NCBI GenBank assembly: GCA_964392315.1
Contig: CAYMOT010000001.1
Location: 202,403-266,402, forward strand
Length of the DNA: 64,000 nucleotides
Direction of reading: 5' to 3'
DNA from: an uncultured Candidatus Saccharibacteria bacterium
GTDB lineage: Bacteria; Patescibacteriota; 4484-211; JAGQKX01
The position numbers and the translations under genes are program-made. Below are positions 29,981-39,646 of this stretch, piece after piece (the stretch's first letter is position 1; the number at the start of each line of letters is the position of its first letter). The notes below the pieces were generated by a model. The model was not told the origin of the DNA, made no database searches, and was given only the letters and a program-made list of their open reading frames with translations.

Positions 29981-30670
29981 TTAGCCAATGTTTGGCTTAA
30001 CAATTGTACTCGTGTAACCGAGGATATCATTCCGTAATGCGTCATTTTGTCCGCTCTCTGGGTTATAAATTTCGTAGAATAACCGTATAAGTTCTTCTGT
30101 CGTGAGTTGGCGCACACCTACTCCGAGTCTACGAAATTGCCAAAAAAGTTCCTTTGTTCGCTGTCCAAAGACCTGTTGTGCTTTTGCGAGGTCGTCATCG
30201 GAATAGGTAGTAACAACTTTTTCTTTTCCAATAAGCTTAAAAAGCGGATCGAGCAAACCCTGCGAGGCCTGTTCGGTCACCTTTTTTATATGTGGTACGA
30301 CTACATAGAATTTCTTAAAAAGAACCGTGTTTTCTGACACCAGCTCTTGGATAAAGGTAATATAGTTATCCAATTGCTGTCGCAAAATAGAAGTAGGTTG
30401 TAATCTTCGAAAAGACTTAAGATACTCAATATAATTTGTAATATCTACTTGGCGGGTGCGGATAACCACTTGCATAGGAAAGTCAAGCGAGTTGATGAGG
30501 TTCGCATAAGAATAAATAGCTGCGTCTTGCTCGGCTTCAGACAAGAGATCAAAGTTGATTGCCTGTGCTTCAATGACAATGCGAAATTTTCCTCCAGTGA
30601 GAATGAGTACATTGTCTTTTATATCTACGATATCAAGATGGTTTTGTGCCGTTCCAAGGACTCCAGACAT
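29981..30670 (-). CDS. Hypothetical cytoplasmic protein encoded immediately upstream of VirB4; part of the type IV secretion-like cluster.
   Basis: 229 aa with no transmembrane helix. Its stop is 6 nt from the VirB4 start. No family recognised by eye. Confidence 0.35.
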   Translation of the reverse strand: MSGVLGTAQNHLDIVDIKDNVLILTGGKFRIVIEAQAINFDLLSEAEQDAAIYSYANLINSLDFPMQVVIRTRQVDITNYIEYLKSFRRLQPTSILRQQLDNYITFIQELVSENTVLFKKFYVVVPHIKKVTEQASQGLLDPLFKLIGKEKVVTTYSDDDLAKAQQVFGQRTKELFWQFRRLGVGVRQLTTEELIRLFYEIYNPESGQNDALRNDILGYTSTIVKPNIG

Positions 30671-30672
30671 AA

Positions 30673-31932
30673 TTAGTGTGCAGCAATGATTATCGGGCTG
30701 ATGGCCGACCCTTTTAATTCAACAGTTACTGTATCAAAGGCAAGGTTTCCTGATTCTGTCTCAACAAGATAGGTTCCGTTTTCAAGGGGTGTGGTTATGG
30801 AAAATTGCCCCAGTGGGTTAGTTTTTAGAGCACGTAGAGGTTGGCCTTCGCTACTTTTGATAATTACAACGACCCCTTGCAGCAACTTTCCGTTTTGATC
30901 CGTTACAATGCCATTTATTGCATTTGGCGCGTCTGTGATCTTTGGAGTTGTGATTGGGGTAGATTTAGTTGCCTGTTGAGGCATTGCTCCTTGAGTAGTA
31001 GCGACTTGAGGGGTTGTCTGTGTATGCATTGTCACATCTTTCTGTTCCCTCAGAAGCTGATCAAACTTTCGTTTTTGCTCTTGCAGTTGCTGTCGTATTT
31101 GGGTAATGAGATTTTTATCAGCATCGGGTTGTTGCTCCAAATGGCTTAGCTCAGTTTGCGTATTCTGTAGTGCGTGCTCCAAGTTTGAAAGCATGGCTTG
31201 TTTTGCCTTAGCATCTGCTTCCTTTTCGACTTGCGACACATTTGAACTATGTTGACTTGAAAGTTTTTGCTCTTGTTGCAAAACAGCATCACGTAGATCC
31301 GTAATTTTTTGCAAAGAATCGCCGAAATCCATAATAGTTTCTCCTTGTATTGTTGTAAGGCTTTGTTCCAATTGTTGCAAGCTCTTCTCAAGCTTTTGGG
31401 AAGGTGCAGTGGCTGTGGGTTTTGACTGTGGTGACGAGGGCGTGTTCTCAACCACAATGTTGTCTTTCTCAGCAGGCAGCAACTGAGCAACTTCTTTTGC
31501 CGGCTCACTGATGGGATCTAGTCGATCCAGTTCTGCAACTTCCTCTTCGCTCAGAATGGTTGTATTAGCCGAAGTTGATTGCAGATTCTGAATGTCATTT
31601 GCAATGGGGTTTGCGATTGGAGCTGCGTCGAGGTTTGTCTCAGAAACGGCAGGAAGCGGCTCCGTTTCGATTGCTATTGATTCAGCGAGATACTGCTGAG
31701 GTTTTGTTTGCGGTACAAATCGTTTTTGAAGATCTTCAGAAGGCTTTAGTATCTGCTGCTCCCATATTGGAGTTGCTATTGGGTTAATACTAATACGTGA
31801 AAGACGACGGTTTGCGCGCAGGTTAGATCGGCGTTGAAATGCAGTAACCCCAATATTTGACGCCTGTACGATAAGCGGGTTTGTATCGCGACGGCTATGT
31901 GCAAGTTGTCGAAGGGCAGTAGTTTGTTCCAT
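30673..31932 (-). CDS. Gln-rich coiled-coil protein with a C-terminal carboxypeptidase-regulatory-like (CarboxypepD_reg/Cna-B-type) beta-sandwich domain.
   Basis: Long Q/L/E-rich heptad-like central region (LQQLEQSLTTIQGE..., LQNTQTELSHLEQQ...). C-terminal ITDQNGKLLQGVVVIIKSSEGQPLRALKTNPLGQFSITTPLENGTYLVETESGNLAFDTV, a typical CarboxypepD_reg pattern. Confidence 0.45.
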   Translation of the reverse strand: MEQTTALRQLAHSRRDTNPLIVQASNIGVTAFQRRSNLRANRRLSRISINPIATPIWEQQILKPSEDLQKRFVPQTKPQQYLAESIAIETEPLPAVSETNLDAAPIANPIANDIQNLQSTSANTTILSEEEVAELDRLDPISEPAKEVAQLLPAEKDNIVVENTPSSPQSKPTATAPSQKLEKSLQQLEQSLTTIQGETIMDFGDSLQKITDLRDAVLQQEQKLSSQHSSNVSQVEKEADAKAKQAMLSNLEHALQNTQTELSHLEQQPDADKNLITQIRQQLQEQKRKFDQLLREQKDVTMHTQTTPQVATTQGAMPQQATKSTPITTPKITDAPNAINGIVTDQNGKLLQGVVVIIKSSEGQPLRALKTNPLGQFSITTPLENGTYLVETESGNLAFDTVTVELKGSAISPIIIAAH

Positions 31933-31937
31933 ATATG

Positions 31938-32459
31938 TTACTGTTCTGTTGTAGATGTCTTTCGTACTACTGGAGTATCCTTTGGAAGGCTCCGAGATAG
32001 GGAAGAAATCCTCTCAAGAAAGCGCACCTCGTCTTCAGAATAATCTTTTTGATTTTCCTGTGTCCTCCAGAAGTCCAAAAAGTTTTCTAAGTCAGATGCT
32101 TTCTTTGGTGGCGTTTTCAGTCGTATCTTGGGAACTACGTAGGACGGGAGGAGAAAAGTAGGAGGAATCTCTTCCTTTTCCCACACTCTTATCGTTGGTT
32201 TAGAGATTGCCTGAAAGAAATTTAATATCCATACGTCTGTCCTACGTCCATCGAAACTCGCCAGGGCCAATGCAATAAATACTGGTGCAGTAATGGCAGA
32301 CCCTATCCAGCGTATTATATTTGGCAAAGGTATTGAAAATAGGAGTCCTATGGTAACGCCACCGATAGCTAAATAGATAAATTGACGTGGGGTGAAGTTC
32401 CCAATCACCTTACTCTCGTATTCAGTAACATTTTGTGGAATGCGGTGAGTGAATGGCAT
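31938..32459 (-). CDS. VirB3/PrgI-like small membrane protein (putative type IV secretion inner-membrane component).
   Basis: 173 aa with two adjacent N-terminal transmembrane helices (FIYLAIGGVTIGLLFSIPL and ITAPVFIALALASFDG). It is located just upstream of VirB4, as VirB3/ConD-like proteins are in Gram-positive conjugation systems. Confidence 0.4.
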   Translation of the reverse strand: MPFTHRIPQNVTEYESKVIGNFTPRQFIYLAIGGVTIGLLFSIPLPNIIRWIGSAITAPVFIALALASFDGRRTDVWILNFFQAISKPTIRVWEKEEIPPTFLLPSYVVPKIRLKTPPKKASDLENFLDFWRTQENQKDYSEDEVRFLERISSLSRSLPKDTPVVRKTSTTEQ

Positions 32460-32676
32460 GTTAGCTTAACAGTTTTCAAGATAATCACGATCAAATAGAG
32501 CAAATTCTAATTAAAGTATAGAGGAAAATAGGCTGGAATGAAAGGTGTTAGGTAACTCTTATTAGAGAATTATTTCTTTGCATAGTAACCTACGAAACCG
32601 TTACAGCTTTCAAGGGTATAGAAGGGTAGCTCATTATATGAAAAAAAGGCGGGTAGTCGTGCTCATGAGACCGAGA

Positions 32677-33738
32677 TTAGTCCTCCAAAACCAGTGTGTA
32701 GATGTCTCTGTTGTTAAAGGTGACGGTATACTGATTCGATGCACCTGGCGTTTTACGGAAATCTGTCAATAATCCGGTTTGGTTTGAGAAAAATGTAAGC
32801 TTACGTGGGTTATTGGTTGTCGGTAAATTATTGAGATAATAATCTGTATTAACCTGGTATAGTACGACTACTTTATTTGTCGGAGAGAATGTAATCAGAA
32901 AATTGTCTCCGAACACATCAATATTCGATAAATTGGTCATCTCAAGAGATGTCGTATTTAATAGTTGTACTGCTTGACCGTCTAGAAAAAGCAGATGTTC
33001 GAAGGTGCTACTATACTGGGGGAGGTGAAATATTTTTTCCGAAATAAGTATTTTTTCCCATAAATTAGCAGAATTCTTTCTTACCATTGTCAGCATTAGT
33101 TGCTCGTCATATCCTTCAAATTCCTGCACGATGAAGAATTGATCGCTACCATTCCAGAGGAGTTCAAGGGGTCCACTAAAGATCAAGTCGCCTATTTGAG
33201 AAACCGATTTTGTCGCAAGATCGTATATATTTAACGTGGCAGTTCCGGTTGCTGGGCTAACATTACCAAAAAAAGCCATAGCTGTGCCGGAGCTATTCCA
33301 AATATAATTTTCTCCATGAAATGGCAATTCAGTTTGTCCGAGTTTTGCATCAGCTCCCCATGTGCTTAGGTCTAGTACATAGTCTTTTTTCTCTCTCATC
33401 AGGTTTCCTAAGGTGAGAATAGCTTTGTTTTGGTCATACCATGTAAGCTCGTTAACCGTAGTAAATAATGAGCTATTTATATCGTAGGTAATATTATTAT
33501 TTGTTGCTTGCATTGTTCGTGTTGCTGGGTTGCGGTAAATATACTCGGGCTGTGTTGCATCATTAAAAAAATAGGGCATTATTTCTGTAGCTACAACATT
33601 TTTTGTTTGTGAAATTACTTGTGCATCAGTAGGCTGTATTTTGAATTTGTTAAATACAAAATAGGTCAGGAGGGTAGCAAGGCTTACAGTACCAAAAAAT
33701 ATAATGAAATGAATAAGTTTCTTACGTTGGCTTTGCAT
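32677..33738 (-). CDS. Membrane-anchored extracytoplasmic protein, hypothetical. Likely ATG at 33738; the track extends to 33981.
   Basis: N-terminal anchor (LIHFIIFFGTVSLATLLTYFVF) followed by a beta-rich ~330 aa domain with repeated W/Y-containing strands. Part of the type IV secretion-like cluster. Confidence 0.4.
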   Translation of the reverse strand: MQSQRKKLIHFIIFFGTVSLATLLTYFVFNKFKIQPTDAQVISQTKNVVATEIMPYFFNDATQPEYIYRNPATRTMQATNNNITYDINSSLFTTVNELTWYDQNKAILTLGNLMREKKDYVLDLSTWGADAKLGQTELPFHGENYIWNSSGTAMAFFGNVSPATGTATLNIYDLATKSVSQIGDLIFSGPLELLWNGSDQFFIVQEFEGYDEQLMLTMVRKNSANLWEKILISEKIFHLPQYSSTFEHLLFLDGQAVQLLNTTSLEMTNLSNIDVFGDNFLITFSPTNKVVVLYQVNTDYYLNNLPTTNNPRKLTFFSNQTGLLTDFRKTPGASNQYTVTFNNRDIYTLVLED

Positions 33739-33742
33739 AGAT

Positions 33743-36403
33743 CTATTGATTAAGAGCACGAAAACAACCGGCCTTATCAGGATGGTCAGGGTTGCAGCAC
33801 ATTTGTAATGGGCCCGATGCAGGTTGGTACCCCCAATTTGCGAGGACTTCAACCGAACATAGGTCAATAGTGTCAGAATAAAAGTTGCCCGTCGTGCTGG
33901 CTGCAAAGTGGACATGGGGAGCGCCTGAACAGACATTATAATTACTTGGATTGCAACTGCATTCTCCGCCATTTTGTCCATTGCAAGGAGGTTTTCCCGC
34001 TACCCCTCGATTACAGCCTGGAGCTCCGGTTGTGCAATCGCATGGTTTACATGCCGAGCCACTGTGGCTATTTGTTCCTATTCGGTCTCCAGCGGTAACT
34101 GGTCCGGACGCTCTCCCTGCTTCTTCCATATGGGTTGAATAGACAGCTGGTTGGCATGAGTCTGTTGGGTATACCATTACTGCGTATCCTCCCGTACTGT
34201 CATATGGGTATGCTGTTCCGGTAATAGGCGCAAGCGCTTCGACGCCGCGTTTGGCGAATAAGTCAACTGGCCGGTAGCCATCCCAGTGAAAACGATTAAA
34301 CCCTGACTGTCCTACTGGTAGTGGGAATGATGTTGCACTAGAACAACCTATTCCAAGACCGAATGCTCCCACGGGTGGTGGTGTTCCACCACCACCGCCA
34401 TTGCAGCCACCGTTTTGTCCAAATAAGCTTTCCGTAGCCCAGAGCCCTAATAGAATAAATGGATTAATATTTCTCTCTTGTGCTTCCCTTAGGAGGGACA
34501 AGAGTTCCTGTTGGTTTGCGCTGCTCAAATAGAAGTTCATATAATGGACATTCAGGACAGTGGTAAGATGAGTTCTCAAGGCTTCTGGGTCCATTCCAAA
34601 ACTTCCGGCAGCATACCCGTTATTTTGGCCCACGAGGGGGCAATCTACGAGCGCACCACGATAAAAATTGAATGCCGGGTGGCCGGGTTCACGTACAGGG
34701 TCACCTTGTGCAGGACAGGCCATTCCAACATCTCCCGCATATCGTGGGGAATTTCTTATTTCGTCCGCTGAGGGTGGTTGTTCACAAGTCCCGCTCAACG
34801 GAGTTCTGCCACCAGTTGAGCTGGGAGGTAAGTATCTATCAAAAAAGTCCCAAAAATTATAACCAAACGGCATAATATACCCTGAACCATCAGCTCGTGC
34901 GTATGTTTCGTTGTGGCAATAGGGGCCATATGAATCAAACCAATCCCATGTTTCTCGACCTAAGTTTGCATCAATTGTATCTGCGGCACACTCAAGAGAT
35001 GTCGCAAAGTCAATCACTCCGTCTCTAAAGCAATTAAACGGATTGCACGTGCCACCTCCCGGTCCTGTTCCTGGTCCACTGCCACTTCCAGGAGGTGATT
35101 GAGGGCCGCATGCACTTGATCCCGGCGAAGTGTAATGTAGAACAGGGGGGATATCATAATAATTTTCAGTATCTCTATCGAAAACCCTGAATATTGGTTT
35201 TCCTGTCCCATCATCTTGGCCTACGTCTATATCGTTTGGAGCAACAAATCCAGCAGGTTCAAAGGGCTCACAGCTAGTACCGTCGCATGCGCAATATAAC
35301 TGCGGGGTACTGACATTTGCACAGAATGGTGTCCAAGGAGAATACACACACATATCTGCTTCTGGGGGGACTTCTTGGACTCCAAATTCTCCAATATAAA
35401 ATTCTTGAATATTCGAAAGAGCGCCAGAGTCTGCTTGGGTATTTGCGAGAAGAGCCGAAGTTTTTTCTGAATCATTATAATAGTGGGCGGATGCTACATT
35501 AAGTGAGGAGCCTTGGTTGCTGACTATAAAATCTGGTGGACTGCCAGCACCAGGACTATCACCTCTGGTCGTAGGCTGGCTTGCCATTTGTCCGATACCA
35601 ACTCGACTTACTCCTCGAGATCTTATCTCTGAAGCTACGGTTTGTGCCCAATTTGCATAGGCAGATATACACCCAACGACTCCGCCACAATGTGGCTCAT
35701 TGAGTAGTTCAATTGCGTATAATCCAGGATTTCCTGCCAGAGCTTGTGCCATTTCTCGAGCATAGTCAAGGTAAGAGCCGCTATAATTAGGCCCTCCATA
35801 GGTTTGTGTGTAACCAGTTGTATACCATGAAGTTGGATCGATTTGTGTTGATCCGGTTATTCCTAAATCTGCACATCCATTAGCATAGTCACACAAAGCG
35901 ACAATTACTCGCATTCCTTTTGATTGTGCTAAATTCACAATGGCCGTTGTAGCTGCGACTCCTCCGCGATCAGGGAATCCAAATATTCGGATCATATTAA
36001 TGCCACAATCGCTGGATAAATAATTAATAGCATCTTCGGCTGCTCCAGGAACTCGCCCATTTGCTGTTCCGATGCTAGGTATATTGACTCCTAAGAAAGA
36101 GAAGTTTCCCACATTGCTTCTTAAAACACCGCAAATCGGGTCTCCTTTAAAGAAAGAATAGAGATCACTTCCAAACGCAAATTCTTGATCTCTGCTTCCG
36201 GAATACATCCAGTATAATGCTCCATCTACTCCAGCGGCTGCTAGATCAGACAACTCCTGCTGTACCAATGCCGCACGATCTGCAGGTGTTTGCGCAGGTG
36301 TAGTAAGAGATGGTGCAAAGAATAACCCCAAAAGGATGGGTACGCTAAATACAAGAATACTGATTGCTGTCTTGGTATAAGTATTATTTTGAAGCTGAAA
36401 CAT
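33743..36403 (-). CDS. Secreted multidomain hydrolase: signal peptide, glycoside hydrolase family 5 domain, Gly/Pro-rich linkers, a Cys-rich region and a C-terminal M23/LytM-like peptidase domain.
   Basis: Signal peptide (ISILVFSVPILLGLFFAPSLTTPAQT). GH5 catalytic motifs (IELLNEPHCGG with the acid/base Glu in NEP; FYIGEFGVQ with the nucleophile Glu in GEFG). The C-terminus has RIGTNSHSGSA...GAPHVHFAAS, which resembles the M23 IGxxGxTGxSTGPHxHFE signature. Many Cys residues. Confidence 0.7.
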   Translation of the reverse strand: MFQLQNNTYTKTAISILVFSVPILLGLFFAPSLTTPAQTPADRAALVQQELSDLAAAGVDGALYWMYSGSRDQEFAFGSDLYSFFKGDPICGVLRSNVGNFSFLGVNIPSIGTANGRVPGAAEDAINYLSSDCGINMIRIFGFPDRGGVAATTAIVNLAQSKGMRVIVALCDYANGCADLGITGSTQIDPTSWYTTGYTQTYGGPNYSGSYLDYAREMAQALAGNPGLYAIELLNEPHCGGVVGCISAYANWAQTVASEIRSRGVSRVGIGQMASQPTTRGDSPGAGSPPDFIVSNQGSSLNVASAHYYNDSEKTSALLANTQADSGALSNIQEFYIGEFGVQEVPPEADMCVYSPWTPFCANVSTPQLYCACDGTSCEPFEPAGFVAPNDIDVGQDDGTGKPIFRVFDRDTENYYDIPPVLHYTSPGSSACGPQSPPGSGSGPGTGPGGGTCNPFNCFRDGVIDFATSLECAADTIDANLGRETWDWFDSYGPYCHNETYARADGSGYIMPFGYNFWDFFDRYLPPSSTGGRTPLSGTCEQPPSADEIRNSPRYAGDVGMACPAQGDPVREPGHPAFNFYRGALVDCPLVGQNNGYAAGSFGMDPEALRTHLTTVLNVHYMNFYLSSANQQELLSLLREAQERNINPFILLGLWATESLFGQNGGCNGGGGGTPPPVGAFGLGIGCSSATSFPLPVGQSGFNRFHWDGYRPVDLFAKRGVEALAPITGTAYPYDSTGGYAVMVYPTDSCQPAVYSTHMEEAGRASGPVTAGDRIGTNSHSGSACKPCDCTTGAPGCNRGVAGKPPCNGQNGGECSCNPSNYNVCSGAPHVHFAASTTGNFYSDTIDLCSVEVLANWGYQPASGPLQMCCNPDHPDKAGCFRALNQ

Positions 36404-37349
36404 AAACAGTAACGTTCTCGTTCGAGAAGGTGTACATAGGTAGTGTTACATAATCAGCTGACTCTACATTATAGAAAAAATCATTTGCTATATAATAGCC
36501 TAGATTGGAAGAGGAAAATACCGTAGTAGGCGAATAATTGCCAGCTTGTCTTATTATGTCTCGAAGACGGACTCTTTTAGTAGCATCAGCATAATCAATA
36601 ATTTCAACTTGTTCACCTTTAGACAAGTCTATAAATGGATACCACAGTGAAGCACCGACAATATCTCCGTTAGCATGTACCATTACATATTGCTCGAAGG
36701 GCACATATAATTCTGCATTTCCAATTCTTGTGAGGATTTTTATAAACAATCGAGTTTTTTCGCTTATGTATGAAGATTCAGTTACGCTTTCTCCAGTTTC
36801 AGTATATAAAGTAATGTTTTTTTCATCCCATACATAGATTGGGTTATCGAAACCTATCTTTGAAACGAATTCCTTTGCTTTATTAAACGCTTCGGGGAGG
36901 GTAATTGTCTGTGTTGCTTGCGGGTAACCTTCTAGGGGAACAGAGTAAGTTAGTATACCTCCGGTTACATTGATACTTAATGAGTTACCGTTTTCGGTAT
37001 AAACATAGCCTTCATTAGTAAGCTGTGTACTTGCTTTGGAAGTAAAGCCAATATTAGATGCAATGTTTACTATTGCAGCCTGTGAAAATAACTTTTCAGG
37101 AGCCGAATATATTGGATATACTGTCACGGTATCTGGCGTTCTTATGGGATCATCAAATTCAAACTTGACATACTCTTCCTCGGACAATGCAAGTCTAATA
37201 TTTTCACCAACCCGGATAACCGAATTGTTTGAGGAGTCTACTCGTATAAGAATCAATATCACGCCAAGTACTATAACAGCAAGGATAAGTGCAATAATTA
37301 GAATCGTAACTCTTCGATGTAGCTGAAAATAATTTCGTATGGAGTTCAT
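36384..37349 (-). CDS. Bitopic membrane protein (N-terminal transmembrane helix plus a ~280 aa extracytoplasmic domain); possible VirB8-like component.
   Basis: Transmembrane helix (VTILIIALILAVIVLGVILILI). Soluble domain of the right size and topology for a VirB8/ConB analogue. Overlaps the upstream gene by 20 nt. Confidence 0.4.
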   Translation of the reverse strand: MNSIRNYFQLHRRVTILIIALILAVIVLGVILILIRVDSSNNSVIRVGENIRLALSEEEYVKFEFDDPIRTPDTVTVYPIYSAPEKLFSQAAIVNIASNIGFTSKASTQLTNEGYVYTENGNSLSINVTGGILTYSVPLEGYPQATQTITLPEAFNKAKEFVSKIGFDNPIYVWDEKNITLYTETGESVTESSYISEKTRLFIKILTRIGNAELYVPFEQYVMVHANGDIVGASLWYPFIDLSKGEQVEIIDYADATKRVRLRDIIRQAGNYSPTTVFSSSNLGYYIANDFFYNVESADYVTLPMYTFSNENVTVYVSASK

Positions 37350-37351
37350 AG

Positions 37352-39640
37352 TTAAGGGTTAACAAAAAGATTTCCCAAAACAAGTTCAGGATAATATCTA
37401 AATCGTGCAAAAAAGTTACCTTCGCGCAATTCTTGCCCGGGTACTCCAGCAAAACAACTTGATTGATACATATTGTCCGAGCACCGTTCTCTCCCAATAG
37501 CACCATTTGCTCCTGGAGGCACCCCGTCTTCGTTTGCAGACACAATTTCATACTGCAGGTGAGTATCTCCAGGGGAACCGGTATCTCCCATAACCCCGAG
37601 AAGATAATTGCGAGGGACGTACATTGCATATTCAGAACCAAAATCCAATTTCTGGTTGAAAGGGTAGTTAAAAGTATCTACTGCTCCATCACCATCAGTA
37701 TCCATATTGTGTAATTGTTGATGTCGAATATCGAACGTAAGTGAACTTTCTGTTAGATGAGAATAACGGGTAATAACGTCGGGAATATGGTCACGGTTAA
37801 TATCTGACTCTACTTGAACGGTTACCCCTTTATCTGGATAATCCGGGTCTCGGCCTGCAAAAGTTATCCATCCTGAGTGTGTAGTATATACGTTTGGCGG
37901 CTTAACCTGATTAAAGGCACGTTCGATATCTATCGCCGGGTGCAAATAATCACCTGCTCTGGGGCGTCCATCAAGGGGATACGTTTCACCTTCTCCGGGA
38001 CAATACAAATATTCGTCATAGAGGCTTCGTTCTCCTTCAAGCCAGCGCTGTCGTCCAAGTTCTTGTGCATAACTAGTGTTCCCCCAGTTTTCCTGGATTC
38101 TACCAGTTGTTGGCCAACCAAACGGCACTCCTTCGGTATCTACCGGATTGCCTATAGGTAATGAAACATTTAGTACTGTTCTTCCATTCCGGGTTCCTTC
38201 AGTAGTTCCGCCATATTCAAACTGATACGTAATCGGACCGATGATGCTGTTATTAGATGAGGCGTTATAACCGCACCCTCCCATATCTGGAGAAGAAACA
38301 TCGCGGTATTCAAAGAAATAATCTCTAAATTCTTGGACTGTTAGTGGGCGCTCTAAAAGCAAGTACGCATCCTGACCCGAGTAGTTCTCCATGTCAGCCG
38401 GACAGCGCTCTCCTTCTGAACCATCTGCGCCCTGGCAGATAAAATTATAATCACGGGGTATATTTGACCCCGGTCCCATAGGTAACGGTACAGAGGGAAT
38501 TCTATACCGTACAGTGTCAGGATCATATTGAAAATAGTCCCGATGTTCTCCATCAATAGCGGGGGACGCCGGGTCGTCTGGACCTAGGTTATTGCCAACA
38601 GACTCTTTGTGTGCAGGTAATGAATTGCCATGTTTATTTAAGCGGGCAGGCATTCCTGCGGCAGTTGTAAAATTTAGCGCCCCATCACTAATGTCTATGT
38701 TGTGTGGCCATTCTCTTCCATCCTCCGCTTGTCTAAAGACTCTAATCGTATCGCGTTCAAACATAGTATTCCCGTAATTTTGTATATGTAACATCATTAT
38801 GAAGTCATTGCTGTGGTATATCATTGTTTGGAATTCAATGTAGTTCCACCGTTCTTCGGGAACTGGCACAACTACTGGGGTAGGGGGAATTCCTGGAGGT
38901 ACCCAAGGGGGGGGAGGGGTGGGAAGTTCCTCATCGGTACAGGCGATCTTTAGGCATTTGTAGACATATCCGTCCCTTCTGATCATTTTGTTAGGAATTG
39001 CACCTGGTAGAATAAATTCATTTGGTCCTGGCGAATCTGCAGGAGGTCTTGTAACGCCACTTGCGGCTCGAGTAAAATCAGCATTATCCAGATCAGCAGT
39101 GCCGCCACACCAGCCTCTTAATGCGTGCTCTATAGTTGCGTGATATGTGCTATTTTGGTCTCCGCATTGATTACACGCTACAGAACCTCGGTGTGGCCGA
39201 CCAAATTGGTTTAGCTCACAATAATCGCATGCCTCTTGGATAACTACCTCTCCACACGATTCGCAACAACCGTTTTCTATAATATATTCACGATGGATTG
39301 GTCCGAGCGGATCCTCGTCAACTATTGCGTCTGGTTGTATTCCGCGATAGAAAGTGTCCCATTCCACCCAGGCTTTTAAGAATTGTCCTGCTCCCGCAGC
39401 TGGAGGTGTACTTGGGCCTGGAGGTGCAGGTGTTCCCGGTGCGAAAGGAATGACACTTCCACCAAGTTCTACATTTCGCCCTTGAAAAATTGATCGTACT
39501 CGATCTCCAAGGTTTCCAAAAATTCCAGTACTTCCCGAATTAAATCCATCAAATATCCCTGCATCCACAGGGTTTAAAGAAATCAGAAAAAGTAACAAAC
39601 AGAAAGAGAACGTGCTAAGGTTTTTGTATATTTTATCCAT
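37352..39640 (-). CDS. Secreted Cys-rich protein with a C-terminal M23/LytM-family peptidase-like domain (second His of HxH replaced by Gln).
   Basis: Signal peptide (FSFCLLLFLISLNPVDA). HxxxD motif (YLHPAIDIE), a YxHL-like RYSHLTE, and DTGSPGDTHLQYEIV, which aligns to STGPHLHFEV. An N-terminal ~250 aa Cys-rich region (CCESCGE..CDYC..CNQCGD). Confidence 0.6.
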   Translation of the reverse strand: MDKIYKNLSTFSFCLLLFLISLNPVDAGIFDGFNSGSTGIFGNLGDRVRSIFQGRNVELGGSVIPFAPGTPAPPGPSTPPAAGAGQFLKAWVEWDTFYRGIQPDAIVDEDPLGPIHREYIIENGCCESCGEVVIQEACDYCELNQFGRPHRGSVACNQCGDQNSTYHATIEHALRGWCGGTADLDNADFTRAASGVTRPPADSPGPNEFILPGAIPNKMIRRDGYVYKCLKIACTDEELPTPPPPWVPPGIPPTPVVVPVPEERWNYIEFQTMIYHSNDFIMMLHIQNYGNTMFERDTIRVFRQAEDGREWPHNIDISDGALNFTTAAGMPARLNKHGNSLPAHKESVGNNLGPDDPASPAIDGEHRDYFQYDPDTVRYRIPSVPLPMGPGSNIPRDYNFICQGADGSEGERCPADMENYSGQDAYLLLERPLTVQEFRDYFFEYRDVSSPDMGGCGYNASSNNSIIGPITYQFEYGGTTEGTRNGRTVLNVSLPIGNPVDTEGVPFGWPTTGRIQENWGNTSYAQELGRQRWLEGERSLYDEYLYCPGEGETYPLDGRPRAGDYLHPAIDIERAFNQVKPPNVYTTHSGWITFAGRDPDYPDKGVTVQVESDINRDHIPDVITRYSHLTESSLTFDIRHQQLHNMDTDGDGAVDTFNYPFNQKLDFGSEYAMYVPRNYLLGVMGDTGSPGDTHLQYEIVSANEDGVPPGANGAIGRERCSDNMYQSSCFAGVPGQELREGNFFARFRYYPELVLGNLFVNP

Positions 39641-39646
39641 AGGGCA

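Noticed and set aside
32641-32676. Possible rho-independent terminator read on the minus strand after the gene ending at 32677.
   Set aside because: There is a T-run, but the upstream stem (around the CTCATGAG palindrome) is short and imperfect. I mention it only as a weak possibility under the intergenic-gap finding.
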